Assembly (NCBI RefSeq): GCF_018350175.1
Contig: NC_058368.1
Span: forward strand, 201,130,001 to 201,194,000
DNA from: Felis catus
Lineage: Eukaryota
Length of the DNA stretch: 64,000 nucleotides
Reading direction: 5' to 3'
Numbering within the stretch: position 1 is the stretch's first letter; every line of letters begins with the position of its first letter. Below, piece after piece: positions 12,620-25,603 of this stretch. The notes below the pieces were generated by a model, which was not told the origin of the DNA, ran no database searches, and saw nothing but the letters and a program-made list of their open reading frames with translations. The position numbers and the translations under genes are program-made.

Positions 12620-13220
12620 CTTTTTCTTGAATACAGAAAGAGAAAAAACTCATTTTTATTTTCAATTTTTATTAAAAATATCTGTCTTTAATTTTTATTA
12701 CTATATTTGTTACTTTTGTAAGTTTTTTCAAATTATACTTTACTTCCATCATTTTATTTTAGTCTACTTCAGTGTACTTACTTTTTCAAATTTTCAAACA
12801 ATTTCCTTTTTTTCTTTTTCTTTTTTTCATTTCTTTTTCTTGAATGCAGAAAGAGAAAAATTTCATTTTTACTTTCAATTTATTTTAAAAATATTTTTAT
12901 TTAATTTATATTACTATATTTTTTGCTTTTATGTAAACTTTTCCAAATTCTATCTTACACCCATCATTTTATTTCAGTCTACTACAGTGTATCCACTTTT
13001 TCAAATTTTCAAATTTTTTAATCTTTTTTCTCTTTTTCGTTTCTTTTCTTTTTTCTTAAATACATAAAATGAAAAAATTCATATTTCTTTTCAATTTTTA
13101 TTAAAAATATTTTTCTATAATTTTTTCTACTATATTCTCTACTTTTGTGTATTTTAGTCTACGTTAGTGAAAGTCTACTTTCATTTTTTCAAATTCTCAA
13201 ACGATTTCCTTTTTTTTCTC
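12620..13220 (+). repeat. Three diverged ~215-bp T-rich tandem units in the L1 5'UTR
   Basis: Anchors TTGAATACAGAAAGAG 12627, TTGAATGCAGAAAGAG 12840, TTAAATACATAAAATG 13056 (spacings 213 and 216). Confidence 0.85.
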
Positions 13221-13428
13221 TTCCCCTCCCTTTTTTGTTTGTTTGTTTGTTTGTTTCTCTAATCTGTCAAACCACTTTCTACACCCAAACAAAACACACC
13301 TAGGATCTAGCATCATCTATTCAATTTTTGTGTGGTTGTGTTTTTAATTTTTAATTTTAATATTTTTTTAATTTTAATTCTTTTAATTTCAATTTTTCTA
13401 CCTCATTAATTCCTTTTCTCCCTTCAAA

Positions 13429-14306
13429 ATGACAAAACGAAGGAATGCACCCCGAAAGAAAGAGCATGAAGAAATGACAGCCAGGGATTTAACCAATGCA
13501 GACACAAGCAAGATGTCTGAACCAGAATTTAGAATCACGATAATAAGAATACTAGCTGGAGTCAAAAATGGATTAGAATCCCTTTCTGCAGAGATAAAAG
13601 AAGTAAAAAATAGCCAGAATGAAATTAAAAATGTTATAACTGAGCTGCAATCATGGATGGATGCAGCGGCGGCAAGGATGGACGAGGCAGAACAGAGAAT
13701 CAGTGATATAGAGAACAAACTTGTAGAGAATAACGAAGCAGAAAAAAAGAGGGAGATTAAGGCAAAAGAGCATGATGTGAGAATTAAAGAAATCAGTGAC
13801 TCATGAAAAACGAACAACATCAGAATCATAGGGGTCACAGAGGAAGAAGAGAGAGAAATAGGGGTAGAAGGGTTATGTGAGCAAATCATAGCAGAAAACT
13901 TTCCTAACCTGGGGAAAGACACAGACATCAAAATCCAGGAAGCACAGAGGACTCCCATTAGATTCAACAAAAACTGACCATCAACAAGGCATATCATAGT
14001 CAAATTCACAAAGTACTCAGGCAAGGAGGGAATCATGAAAGCAGCAAGGGAAAAAAAGTCCCTAATCTACAAGGGAAGACAGATCAGGTGTGCATCAGAA
14101 TATCCACAGAAACTTGGCAGGCCAGAAAGGAGTGGCTGGATATATTCAGTGTGCTGAATCAGAAAAATATGCAGCCAAGAATTCTTTATCCAAGAAGGCT
14201 GTCATTCAAAATAGGAGAGATAAAAAGTTTCCCAGACAAACAAAAATTAAAGGAATTTGTGACCACTAAACCAGCCATGCAAGAAATTTTAAGGGGGACT
14301 CACTGA
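13429..14306 (+). pseudogene. L1 ORF1p, disrupted
   Basis: MTKRRNAPRKKE coiled-coil and C-terminal MQPRILYP..LSFK..IKSFPDKQKLKEF motifs; in-frame TGA at 13804 and 13975; frameshift near 14090. Confidence 0.93.
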
Positions 14307-14318
14307 GAGGAGAAAAGA

Positions 14319-14321
<3 letters not shown>

Positions 14322-14364
<43 letters not shown>
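14322..14364. repeat. (AT)n microsatellite in the L1 inter-ORF spacer
   Basis: Read directly from sequence. Confidence 0.95.
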
Positions 14365-14366
<2 letters not shown>

Positions 14367-14433
14367 AAAATCAACAAAAGATTAGAAAGGACCAGAGAAC
14401 ACTACCAGAATCTCCAACTGTACAAACAACATA

Positions 14434-17400
14434 ATGGCAATAAATTCATATGTTTCAGTACTCACTCTAAACATCAATGGACTCAATGCTCCAATCAAAA
14501 GACATAGGGTAACAGAATGGATAAGAAAACAAGACCCATCTATATGCTGTTTACAAGAGACCCACTTTAGACCTAAAGTCACCTTCAGATTGAAAATAAG
14601 GGGGTGGAGAACCAGCTATCATGCTAATGGTCAACAAAAGAAAGCCCGAGTAGCCATACTTGTATCAGACAATCTAGACTTTAAAATAAAGACTGTATCA
14701 AGAGATGCAGAAGGCATTATATCATAATCAAGGGGTCTATAGACCAAGAAGACCTAACAATTGTAAACATTTATGTGCCAAATGTGGAAGCACCCAAATA
14801 TCTAAATCAATTAATCACAAACAAAAAGAAACTCATCTATAGTAATTCCATAATAGTAGGAGATTTCAGCAACCCACTCACAGCAATGCACGGATCATCT
14901 AATCAAAAAATCAACAAGGAAACAATGGCTTTCAATGACACATTGTACCAGATGGACTTAACAGATATATTCAGAACATTTAATCCTAAAGCAGCAGAAT
15001 ATACATTCTTCTCCAGTGCACATGGAACGTTCTCTAGAATAGACCATATACTGGGACATAAATCAGCCCAAAGTAAGTACAATAAGATCGGGATCATACC
15101 ATACATATTTTCAGACCACAATGCTATGAAACTCGAAATCAACCACAAGAAAAAATTTGGAAAGGTAACAAATACTTGGATTCTGAAGAACATCCTACTA
15201 AAGAATGAATGGACTAACCAAGCAGTTAAAGAGGAAATTTAAAAGTATATGGAAGTCAATGAAAATGATAATACCAAACCCAAAAGCTCTGGGATGCAGC
15301 AAAGGCGGTCATAAGAGAAAGTATATAGCAATACAGGCCTCCCTAAAGAAGGAAGAAAGATCTCAGATACACAACCTAACCTTACGCCTTAAGGAGCTGG
15401 AAAAAGAACAGCAAATAAAACCCAAAACCAGCAGAAGACAGGAAATAATAAATATTAGAGCAGAAATTAATGCTATTGAAACCAAAAAAAAAAAAAAAAA
15501 AAAAACAGTAGAACAGATCAATGAAACCAGAAGGTGGTTCTTTGAAAGAATTAACAAAATTAGTAAACCAGTAGCCAGTTTGATCAAGAAGAAAAAGGAA
15601 AGGACCCAAATAAGTAAAATCAAGAATGAAAGAGGAGAGATTACAACCAACACAACACAAATAAAAACAATAATAAGAGAATATTATGAGCAATTATATG
15701 CCAATAAAATATGCAACCTGGAAGAAATGGACAAATTCCTAGAAACATATACATTACCAAAACTGAAACAGGAAGAAATAGAAAATTTGAACAGACCCAT
15801 AACCAGTAAGGAAATCAAATTAGTAATCAAAAATCTGCCAAAAAACAAGAGTCCAGGGCCAGATGGCTTTCCAGGGGAATTCTACCAAACATTTAAGGAA
15901 GAGTTAACACCTATTCTCTTGAAACTGTTCCAAAAAATAGAAATGGAAGGAAAACTTCCAAACTCTTTCTATGAAGCCAGCATTACCTTGATTCCAAAAC
16001 CAGACAGAGACCCCACTAAAAAGGAGAACTATAGACCAATTTCCCTGAGGAACATGGATGCAAAAATCCTCAACAAGACATTAGCCAACTGGATCCAACA
16101 ACACATTAAAAAAATTATTCACCACGACCAAGTGGGACTTATACCTGGGATGCAGGGCTGGCTCAATATCTGCAAAACAATTAACATGATTCATCACATC
16201 AATAAAAGAAGGGACAAGAACCATATGATCCTCTCAATAGATGCAGAGAAAGCATTTGACAAAATACAGATTCCTTTCTTGATAAAAACCTTCAAGAAAG
16301 TAGGGATAGATGGATCATACCTCGAGATCATAAAAGCCATATATGAACAACCCAATGCTAATATCATCCTCACTGGGGAAAAACTGACAGCTTTCCCCCT
16401 AAGGTCAGGAACAAGACAGGGATGTCCACTCTCACCACTGTTATTCAACATAGTATTGGAAGTCTTAGCCTCTGCAATCAGACAACCCAAAGAAATAAAA
16501 GGCATCCAAATCAGCCAGGAGGAGGTCAAACTTTCACTCATCACAGATGACATGACACTCTATATGGAAATCCCAAAAGATTCCACCAAAAAACTGCTAA
16601 AACTGATTCATCAATTCAGCAAAGTTGCAGGATATAAAATCAATGCACAGAAATCAGTTGCATTCCTATACACCAACAATGAAGCGACAGAAAGAGAAAT
16701 CAAGGAATCAATCCCATTTACAGTTGCACCAAAAACCATAAAATACCTAGGAATAAATCTAACCAAAGAGGTGAAAAATCTATACACTGAAAACTATAGA
16801 AAACTTATGAAAGAAATTGAAGAAGACACAAAGAAATGGAAAAAGATTCCATGCTTCTGGATAGGAAGAACGAGTATTATTAAAATGTCAATACTACCCA
16901 AAGCAATCTACATATTCAACGCAATCCCTATCAAAGTAACACCAGCATTCTTCACAGAGCTAGAATAATCCTAAAATTTGTATGGAACCAGAAAAAAAAC
17001 CGAATAGCCAAAGCAATCTTTAAAAAGAAAACCAAAGCAGGAGGTATCACAATCCCAGACTTCAAGCTATACTACAAAGCTGTAATCATCGAGACAGTAT
17101 GGTACTGGCACAAGAACAGACACTCAGGTCAATGGAATAGAATAGAGAACCCAGATAAGGACCCACAAATGTATGGGCAACTAATCTTTGACCAAGCAGG
17201 AAAGAATATCCAATGGAATAAAGACAGTCTCTTCAGCAAGTGGTGCTGGGAAAACTGGACAGTGACATGCAGAAGAATGAACCTGGACCACTTGCTTACA
17301 CCATACACAAAAATAAACTCAAAGTGGATGAAAGACCTCAATGTAAGACAGGAAGCCATCAAAATCCTCGAGGAGAAAGCAGGGAAAAACCTCTTTGATC

Positions 17401-18253
17401 TTGGCTGCAGCAACTTCTTACTCAACACGTCTCCAGAGGCAAGGGAAACAAAGCAAAAATGAACTACTGGGACCTCATCAAAATAGAAACCTTCTGCACA
17501 GCCAAGGAAACAATCAACAAAACTAAAAGGCAACCGACAGAATGGGAGAAGATATTTGCAAATGACATATCAGATAATGGGTTAGTATCCAAAATCTACA
17601 AAGAACTTATCAAACTCAACATCCACAAAACAAATAATCCAGTGAAGAAATGGGCAAAAGACATGAATAGACACTTCTCCAAAGAAGACATCCAGATGGC
17701 CAACCGACACATGAAAAAATGCTCAACGTCATTCATCATCAGGGAAATACAAATCAAAACCACAATGAGATACCACCTTACACCTGTCAGAATGGCTAAC
17801 ATTAACAACTCAGGCAACAACAGATGTTTGCGAGGATGCAGAGAAAGAGGATCTCTTTTGCATTGTTGGTGGCAATGCAAGCTGGTACAGCCACTCTGAA
17901 AACAGTATAGAGGTTCCTCAAAAAACTAAAAATAGAACTACCCTATGACCCAGCAATTGCACTACTAGGCATTTATCCAAGGGATACAGGTGTGCTGTTT
18001 CGAAGGAATACATGTACCCCCATGTTTATAGCAGCACTCGCAACAATAGCCAAAGTATGGAAAGAGCCCAAGTGTCCATCGACTGATGAATGGATAAAGA
18101 AGATGTGGTGTATATATATACAATGGAGTATTACTCGTCAATCAAAAAGAATGAAATCTTTCCATTTGCAACTACGTGGATGGAACTGGAGGGTATGATG
18201 CTAAGTGAAATTAGTCAGAGAAAGACAAAAATCATATGACTTCGCTCATATGA
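14434..18253 (+). pseudogene. L1 ORF2p (endonuclease/reverse transcriptase), fragmented
   Basis: TLNINGLNAPIKR, CCLQETH, SRIDHILG, SDHNA endonuclease motifs; [20 protein letters not shown] motif; FADD reads ITDD; split into several ORFs by frameshifts. Confidence 0.95.
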
Positions 18254-19079
18254 GGACTTTAAGATACAAAACAGATGAACATAAGAGAAGGGAAACAAAA
18301 ATAATATAAAAACAGGGAGTGAGACAAAACAAAAGAGACTCATAAATATGGAGAACAAACAGGGTTTCTGGAGGGGTTGTGGGAGGGGGTATAGGCTAAA
18401 TGCGTAAGGGGCATTAAAGAATCTACTGAAATCATTGCTTCACTATATACTAACTAATTTGGATGTAAATTTTTAAAAATAAAAAATAAAGTTATATTAT
18501 TAAAAAAACTAAAAAGAAACTAAAGTTAGCAAGTGATGAGTAAAAACAGCTACTCACCATAAAATAATGACAGCTAATAATAATTTAATACTGCATATAA
18601 TTTTGTTCATTTGTATAAAATGTAAATACATAAAAACCCTTATCTTAAAAAGTTTAGGGGCTAAAAATGTATTCTGCATAGAAATTAGTATGGAATAAAA
18701 GAAATTATTTAGTTCAGCCTCCAGGAAATTATTGCAGCTATTTCTTTATTGTGATCATACACTCTTTGGCTAAATATCTTATTATTTAAATCTTTTCAAT
18801 TTGGCTAATATCTGGATATGTCAACCTTAAAATCTTTCTTAGAGAATTAACAACCTTAAATTTTTTTCTTAGGGGATGAAACCTATGTAATTGCTGCTTT
18901 CCTAGTTATTTCAGGTACTTCAAGAAGCATAAATTCCTCCAGATTACTATAATAGTCATGGAGGGTTTTTTTTTTTAATAATGAAACAACATTACCAGAC
19001 ATTAGTTAAATAACTAACTGCTGTGCTTATATATTAATCAATTTCCTGAATGTTTCTATATCTGGACGTAGTCAAAACT

Positions 19080-19620
19080 TATGACCAACACCGAACCCCA
19101 TTAAATCTGTGTAAAAAGCCAGTTAGATAAACACTTACTATCACCGCTTTACAGGTGGGGAAACTGGGGATTGGAGGAGATAGTTTGTTTGAAATCCCTT
19201 CACCAGTAAGTAGCAGCACCAGGATTTCAACTAGATTCTCCCTGGCATCAAGTCTATGCATTTTGCACTACACCACCTTGCTTCTTGGGACCTCCACAAG
19301 ACTTAAATATATTCTTAGTTTTAAATAAATAGCTAAAATTGATAGCATCAATCGTGTCACATATTATATTCTGGGTAATACAAAGAGCTAAATTGAATAC
19401 TTGACAATTATATCACTTATATATAAAGGCTTCATTTTTTCAGAATTCTTTTACAAATGGTATTTCATATGTTCTTACCAGTCTTGTGGCTTAGGAAAGG
19501 GGTTTTATTAACATCACTGGGCACATGGAGAAAAGTGAGACACAAAGAAGTTAAGTGGCCTAAGAGAAGTCACACACAGACTGACTCAATGGGAAGGTCC
19601 AATCAAGGCTCCCTGTTAAC
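19080..19620 (-). mobile_element. Two MIR relics
   Basis: TTTACAGGTGGGGAAACTGGG and GAAAAGTGAGACACAAAGAAGTTAAGTGGCC..AAGTCACACA core motifs; approximate. Confidence 0.65.
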
Positions 19621-20594
19621 TTCCACTTTACATAATGTCAGCAAGTTTTAAAGATAAAATAGTGATTGTAAATAATGTTAAATATCACAGAGTCTTAAGA
19701 TTAATTCAAAAAGGTAATAATGTTCATTAAAAGCATTAACATTTCAAAAACTTAAAAAATACTGGCCCCATGATATCATTCAAAATATTTTATTTCTATG
19801 GTTATAATTCAGGATACTGGTAGGATTCAAGCAAATATTGGCTTAGAGAAATTCCTGTTTTACTTGAACAAATTCTTACCTTGGAGCTTACCAGCTAGAA
19901 TCTAGACAAAATATATGAAGTATGAATCAATTAATAGACCTTGTCAGCAATATCAGTCTGTACAATTGTTCTCTACAAAAATAAATAAAAGAAAAATGTC
20001 ACACATCAACTGTCTAAATTTAAACATGCTTCCTTGTTTAAAACCTTCTTAAGGATTTCTTTCTATTGAAGCTATAAGAAAGAAAGTCTAAATGGAAAAA
20101 AAATTATTTCAGCAAAACTCGCCTCCATTATTTCTCTAAGAACAGCAAACTAAGACGCTTTGGCCTGCATAACTCATCACTGTCCATGTAAATGGTAGCT
20201 TGAAAGACGTAGGCAACTTTTTTCTTTTCAAATCTTTTTCTCTTCAAAAGCTTTTGTACCTAATTAGTAGATAGTTCAGAACCTCTCGGCGTAAGTCAGC
20301 GTTATATCTGTGGGAATATATGCTGTAGGTCCGCTGTAAAATAAAACCTCTACTTTAAGAAGTATCACTTTGCATTACATGGAGGTGAGGTATTACATTC
20401 TCTCTTTTTTCAAGGTTTTCTTCAAAGGGAATATGCCCCCTGTACAATTGATTCCAAGCACTTCTGAGAGAAGAGAAAAGGCACAGTGAAGGGAGTCCAT
20501 CTCTCTACCCTGGCTTAAAAACTTCAGACTGAGAAGGATTCTGTCTTAATGTCTGATGTATTAAAATAATCTTTCCTACTGACTTGTAAAAAGG

Positions 20595-20597
<3 letters not shown>

Positions 20598-20647
<50 letters not shown>

Positions 20648-20654
20648 CACACAC
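20598..20654. repeat. (AT)n(AC)n microsatellite
   Basis: Read directly from sequence. Confidence 0.95.
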
Positions 20655-20710
20655 GGATTTTTCATATGGAAAACATCATCTACAAAACATTATAGTAAAA
20701 ATTTAGTGGT

Positions 20711-20949
20711 TTAAAATTTTTTTTAATTCCAGTATAGTTAAACAGTGTTATATTAGTTTCAGGTGTACAATATAGTGATTAAACAACTCCATACATCACC
20801 CAGCGCTCATCACAACAAGTGCACTCTTTAATCTCCATTTATTTTACCCATTCCCCCATCCACCTCCCCTCTGGTAACCATCAGTTTGTTCTCTACAGCT
20901 AAGAGTCCTCTCTCTCTCTCTCTCTTTCTCTTACGCTCTCCCTCTCTCT
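20711..20949 (-). mobile_element. Short carnivore L1 3'-end fragment
   Basis: Similar to the 3'UTR of the 8123-9469 element; TSD TTTAGTGGT at 20702 and 20950. Confidence 0.85.
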
Positions 20950-21012
20950 TTTAGTGGTGTTTTATTTCCTGTCTTTTTCATTTCATAATGATGAAATTAG
21001 AAATTATAGATG

Positions 21013-21230
21013 TGGGGCGCTTGGGTGGCTTAGTCGGTTAAGGGTATGGCTTCGGCTCAGGTCATGATCTCATGGTTCATGGGTTTGAGCCCCAAATCAG
21101 GCTCTGTGCTGACAGCTCAGAGTCTGGAACCTGTGTCAGATTCTCTGTCTCCCTCTTTCTCTGCGCCTCCCCTGTTCATGCTGTCTCTCTCTGTCTCAAA
21201 AATAAATAAACATTAAAAAATTTAAAAAAA
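21013..21230 (+). mobile_element. CAN-SINE
   Basis: GGGGCGCTTGGGTGGCTTAGTCGG head, (CT)n, AATAAA tail. Confidence 0.95.
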
Positions 21231-22677
21231 GAAGTTACAAAGGAAAATACCTCTTCTACTTCTCAGAAACAGCCATTTTTCCTTTCTTGGTTTCTCTGCT
21301 ATTATTTTATGATAAAATTCTAGTGATTCAAGGGTAGTCACCCAACACTTCTCCTTCACATTGAGAAAGCAATATCTCTAGTATTAATAGCATTAACATT
21401 ACTGAGCTATGGCATAACTCGATGAGACCTCAGAATTTATGCTTATAACTTGCACTATATTCTTTTGTACTTTTAATGATGATCTATATCTTTGACATAA
21501 ATAGTCTGCTTACCTCCATTCAAATAGAAAGTCTTTGTGGACAGAGGTCATATCCTCAAACCACCTAGAAGTATATCATGTTTTGCCCAAAGTGGGAGAA
21601 AGGTGTGTGGTTTTTATGTGTTTTCTGTTTACTGACCAAATTCTTGTCATGTCTTAGTCAAATTAGATAAATTACCTAATATCTTTGGTCCAGTTTTGCC
21701 ACTTATAAAATGAAGATAATACAAGTGGGCTCATTGGGTTGCTATAAAAATTAAATGTGTGACTGTTCCTTAAAATATGAAATGTTATCCATATTACTTT
21801 TGTCAGTGAGCAACCTTTGGGAATGAGTAAGACTTTTGAAAAGAGGTGACTTTTGTTCATTTACTAATTACTGTCCATTTTATAATTATTATTATAGAAA
21901 ATCCATCTACTTTAGGATTTTAAAAATAAAGGAACTCAAGTAAGAAATGGATAGAGACACTTTGGGTACGTTTAGTATGCACAAATGAGTGCCTGAAAAT
22001 ATTGAGTCTGCTTCATGCTCTCTAGACAATCCCATTTCCTGACTGTGGTCAGTAAGCATGCATGTCCCATCTCCTATGTAGGTTACACACTGTGGATTAA
22101 GATTTTGGCCCATGTACAGTATCTGAGGGAACAGTATCTTGAGTAATTAAGAAATTAGTAACAATTATTAAAGAATCCGGTTCAAAATAATCATCAATCT
22201 TCACTTTATGCTTCATTGTCAGGTCAAAATAGGTTTAGGATTATGGTTCCAAATAAGTAAGTTGCGCTGCATATATATAAGATGTACATTTCCCCTACAG
22301 TTTAGGGTTCCAAAGCAAGTCACTTTGGCTTAGTGACTTGGAAAAACTAATGCACATTCCAAAGTATTAATTTACATAACAACACCTATAAAGGATCATT
22401 TGTAACCTATTAGGTTATTTATATTTCAGAACTGCTTACTCCTCCACATTTTTAAGAGCATATTATGAAAATAACATAAAACTTGGGTTATTAAATTTCA
22501 AAATAAACTGCATAAAGAGATAGGAAAGTAATGAAATGAAATCTGTTTGCTTAAATTCTAGTTCAGTGAACGTTTGGTACCATGACAATAACCATGTCTG
22601 TTTTTTTGCTGACCATTTTTGTCCAAGTACCTAAAATAATGCCAGGTATATATTATGCCTCAATAATAATACTTGCA

Positions 22678-22905
22678 GGGCCCCTGGGTGGCTCAGTCAG
22701 TTAAGCATCCAACTCTTGATTTCAGTTCAGGTCATAATCTCACGGTTCGTGAGATCAGCCCCCAGGGGGGGGCTCTGCACTGACACGGTAGAGCCTATTT
22801 GGGATTCTCTCTCTCCCTCTCTTTCTGCTCCTCCCCTGTTCATGCACTGTCTCTCTCTCTCTCTCTTTTTCTCTCTCCCTCTCAAAATAAATAAACATTA
22901 AAAAA
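22678..22905 (+). mobile_element. CAN-SINE
   Basis: SINE head and (CT)n tail; degenerate TSD AATAATACTTG/AATAATATTTG. Confidence 0.93.
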
Positions 22906-23015
22906 ATAATATTTGTGAGTTTATAAACAAGTGAATAAATTAGGTGTCTATGAGACCCTGCATTAAGCGCTAGAAATATACAAGGGTACAAAAGTACTTT
23001 CTATGTCTATCTGTA

Positions 23016-23808
23016 TGTCATACTAGGTGCCATACCCTAACCTTACTGCTCTGCCTAGGGGAGGTACAATCTTCACTTGGGATCCCTCCAGGAGTTAGTG
23101 GGCTGAATGGGAGACCAGGAAGGTCCTTCTGAAGCTTCTCTCTGTTCAGGCTTTGCATCTGCTCTGTCCTTCTGTTCCATTGACTCCAGCTGCCTCTTGT
23201 CTCCACTCCTGCCACTCTGCTGGCCAGAGTGAACTGCCCAGGGACCTCAACACAGACTGTATTCAGGTTGTGTGCTTTTATCTCTGGGTCTGACTCATCC
23301 TTCCAGGGGTGGTTTCAATAGCAAAGCCTTTAGGTCCTTAATGGTGGAAGTCATTTTATTTACACAGCAGTCTGCTTCCCAGAACATAGAAGAGATGGCC
23401 GGGCACAGCCAAGTCAGGTACAGCCTCTTGCTGCACCAGCAGCCACGGCTCCCCCCTTACATTTCAACCCTGGCAGTTAGGGTCCCTCAACAAACAGGTA
23501 ATTGTCTCTTGGGGAGCCACAACCTCTTCCTCTAACTGAGTCTCTCTGGAGAAACCCACAATCCTTCAATCCGATGTGCATTTGCCTGAACCCCAATTAT
23601 GATCCGGGGTCATATTCTTTCACATGTGGCTCAGTGGGCCCAAGCAAATTAGAGAATTTAGCCAAAGGGCTGTTTCAGGGTCCTCTATTTTCCATGACAA
23701 GTAACAAGCTCCCAAAACAGTCTGTGCCATCTGGAGGCTGTTCTGACCAGAGCATTCGACATAGCCCCATAGGAGAATGCATTGCTAATGCCACTTGCTA
23801 ACCTTACA
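23016..23808 (-). mobile_element. Possible ancient solo LTR, family unassigned
   Basis: GC-richer ~790-bp block in AT-rich context, TG...CA termini (TGTAAGG...TGACA on minus), internal minus-strand AATAAA near 23355; no TSD. Confidence 0.4.
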
Positions 23809-25329
23809 GAGTCTGATCTCTGATGATGCCACTCCATATAGTGTGATAAATTCCACAATTCAAGTATATACTAAAATCGCGATAGGAACGCAGAAGATAA
23901 AGCTGAATTTGAGTTTTGTTTTTTTTGTTTTTGTTTTTTTGTGAAAGAAGCATACCAGTTGAGTCATGTAGGGTGAACACAATTTCCAGACAAGTAGATA
24001 AAGGAAGGAAGCACTTTCCATTTAGAAGGTACGGGATAGGGGAAAGAAAAAAAAAACCTTGGAGGCTGGGGGGTAAAGAGCCAAAAAAGAACACATTGGT
24101 ATAAAACAAGGAGAAAGAAGATAAGAAACAAAAGGGAAACTTTTGCATAAATTCTATATCCACACAATGCAGATATTTTAAAAAATAGAATATATTTAGA
24201 AACATAAGCATAACCTTCTAGTGAATTTTAAACCTTTGCGATATACTGTTAAGTGAAAGTGATTGAAAACTGCTGTGTACGCTATGATCTCCCTTGTGGA
24301 AAAATATGAAAATACTTGGATAGAAAAAAGTTGAAAGCAGACGTCTGGAATTGCTATCTCTGAGTACTGCAAATACAATAAAAATATGTATATTTTTATT
24401 TCTTGTTATTTTTGTACATGTGGCTCTTGTGATGTCAACAAACATGTATTAATTATGGATTTAAAATCATGCTGGCAGGAATACACTAAAAAGAGTGGGA
24501 CGGTGGCCAGGTATTAACTTTCTGAAACTGAACTTTCTCTAACTTTCTCTAACTTTTACAAAGCTATATTAGCAATAAGAAAACAATACTTCAATATATG
24601 TCTAAATGTGTTTTATGATAAGTATTTATTGACATGCAAACAGTAATGTGACTTCTTTTTCTTTTATATAAAGTATATATACTGACCATGATAAATATGA
24701 AAAAAAATAGTAAATTCATACGATCGTAAAGAATTTCTCTGAATCCAAATCCTGATAGATCTGTATAAATTCACAACCAAGAAGAGGAGGTCAACCCTAG
24801 TATAAACACATTTTGGTCATGAGTGAGAGATCCAGAAGAAGGCTCTCGAACATGAAATATTGCTCCCTCTAACTGTGCTCTTTGCTGATAGAGATCCTTA
24901 GTAGTTCCCAGACTTTTGCAGGCAAGAGGTAAAACGCTAAGGCTGTCTGAGATGAGAACGCTTTTGAAGGTCATCAGTTAAGTCAGCTTGCATTTGTTTC
25001 TCAGCTTCCCAAGGGGTAGAAGGAATGGGAAAATGGGAAGCTTCCCTGAGCAGGGGCAGGTGAGAGGGGGAGTCTGGAAGCAGACACTGCTTCTTTTCTT
25101 GAGTCTCTTGTCACAAGGCTCTGAGCTCCTTGAGAGCAGGAACTACTCCTGTCTTGTTAATCCCCAGTCCCTACAACAGTGTCGGGTTCCTTGTAGGAAG
25201 TAGGATGAGGAGGCGAGGGGAGGAGGCGAGGAACAAAAAAGGCACTGCTCAGGAAAACCGAGGGTCTGAATATACACAGAGGCTGCTGAGCACCTGGGAA
25301 GAGGTTGTCAGAAGGAAAATAATCTTTAC

Positions 25330-25453
25330 CATTTCCCCCAGTCCGAAAGTGGTTGCTTGCCTGCTTCTATCCACATCTTTCCGGGAACAGATGGAGGAGG
25401 ACACAAAAGAAAGACAGAAGAGCAAGGAAGATACTTGGATACTCTATTGGCAG
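25330..25453 (-). other. Candidate exon or alternative first exon of an unidentified minus-strand transcript
   Basis: Donor ATG|GTAAAG at 25330/25329, CCAAT at 25446-25450, TTCCCGGAA at 25379-25387, long upstream pyrimidine tract. Confidence 0.35.
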
Positions 25454-25510
25454 ATCAAAAAATACAAAAAAAAAAAAAAAAAAGTCCCCCCCCCAACAAA
25501 GACAGGGAAC

Positions 25511-25603
25511 AAAGAAGAAAGAAAAAAAAAAAAAAAGAAAAGGAAAGGAAAGGGAAAGAAAGGAAAGGAAAAAGAAAAAGGGAAAAAGAAAAGGAAAAGA
25601 AAA
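25511..25603. repeat. 93-nt uninterrupted homopurine (A/G) tract
   Basis: No C or T on the + strand between 25511 and 25603. Confidence 0.9.

Larger units (their letters stand above)
11297..18510 (+). mobile_element. Full-length (~7.2 kb) felid LINE-1, inactivated
   Basis: GAGGAGCCAAGATGG start, GC-rich 5'UTR, ORF1, ORF2 (endonuclease, RT, C-terminus), G-rich 3'UTR and A-rich tail; no clean TSD seen. Confidence 0.97.

Noticed and set aside
12627..13067. 146-aa Phe-rich ORF
   Set aside because: Translation of the T-rich L1 5'UTR array
13398..14036. 212-aa hydrophobic minus-strand ORF
   Set aside because: Antisense shadow of A-rich L1 ORF1
15205..16968. 587-aa ORF as an active reverse transcriptase gene or novel system
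   Set aside because: It is a fragment of L1 ORF2, cut off from the endonuclease and C-terminus by frameshifts; FADD reads ITDD and ORF1 has stops
18370..18396. G-quadruplex-like tract
   Set aside because: Ordinary feature of L1 3'UTRs
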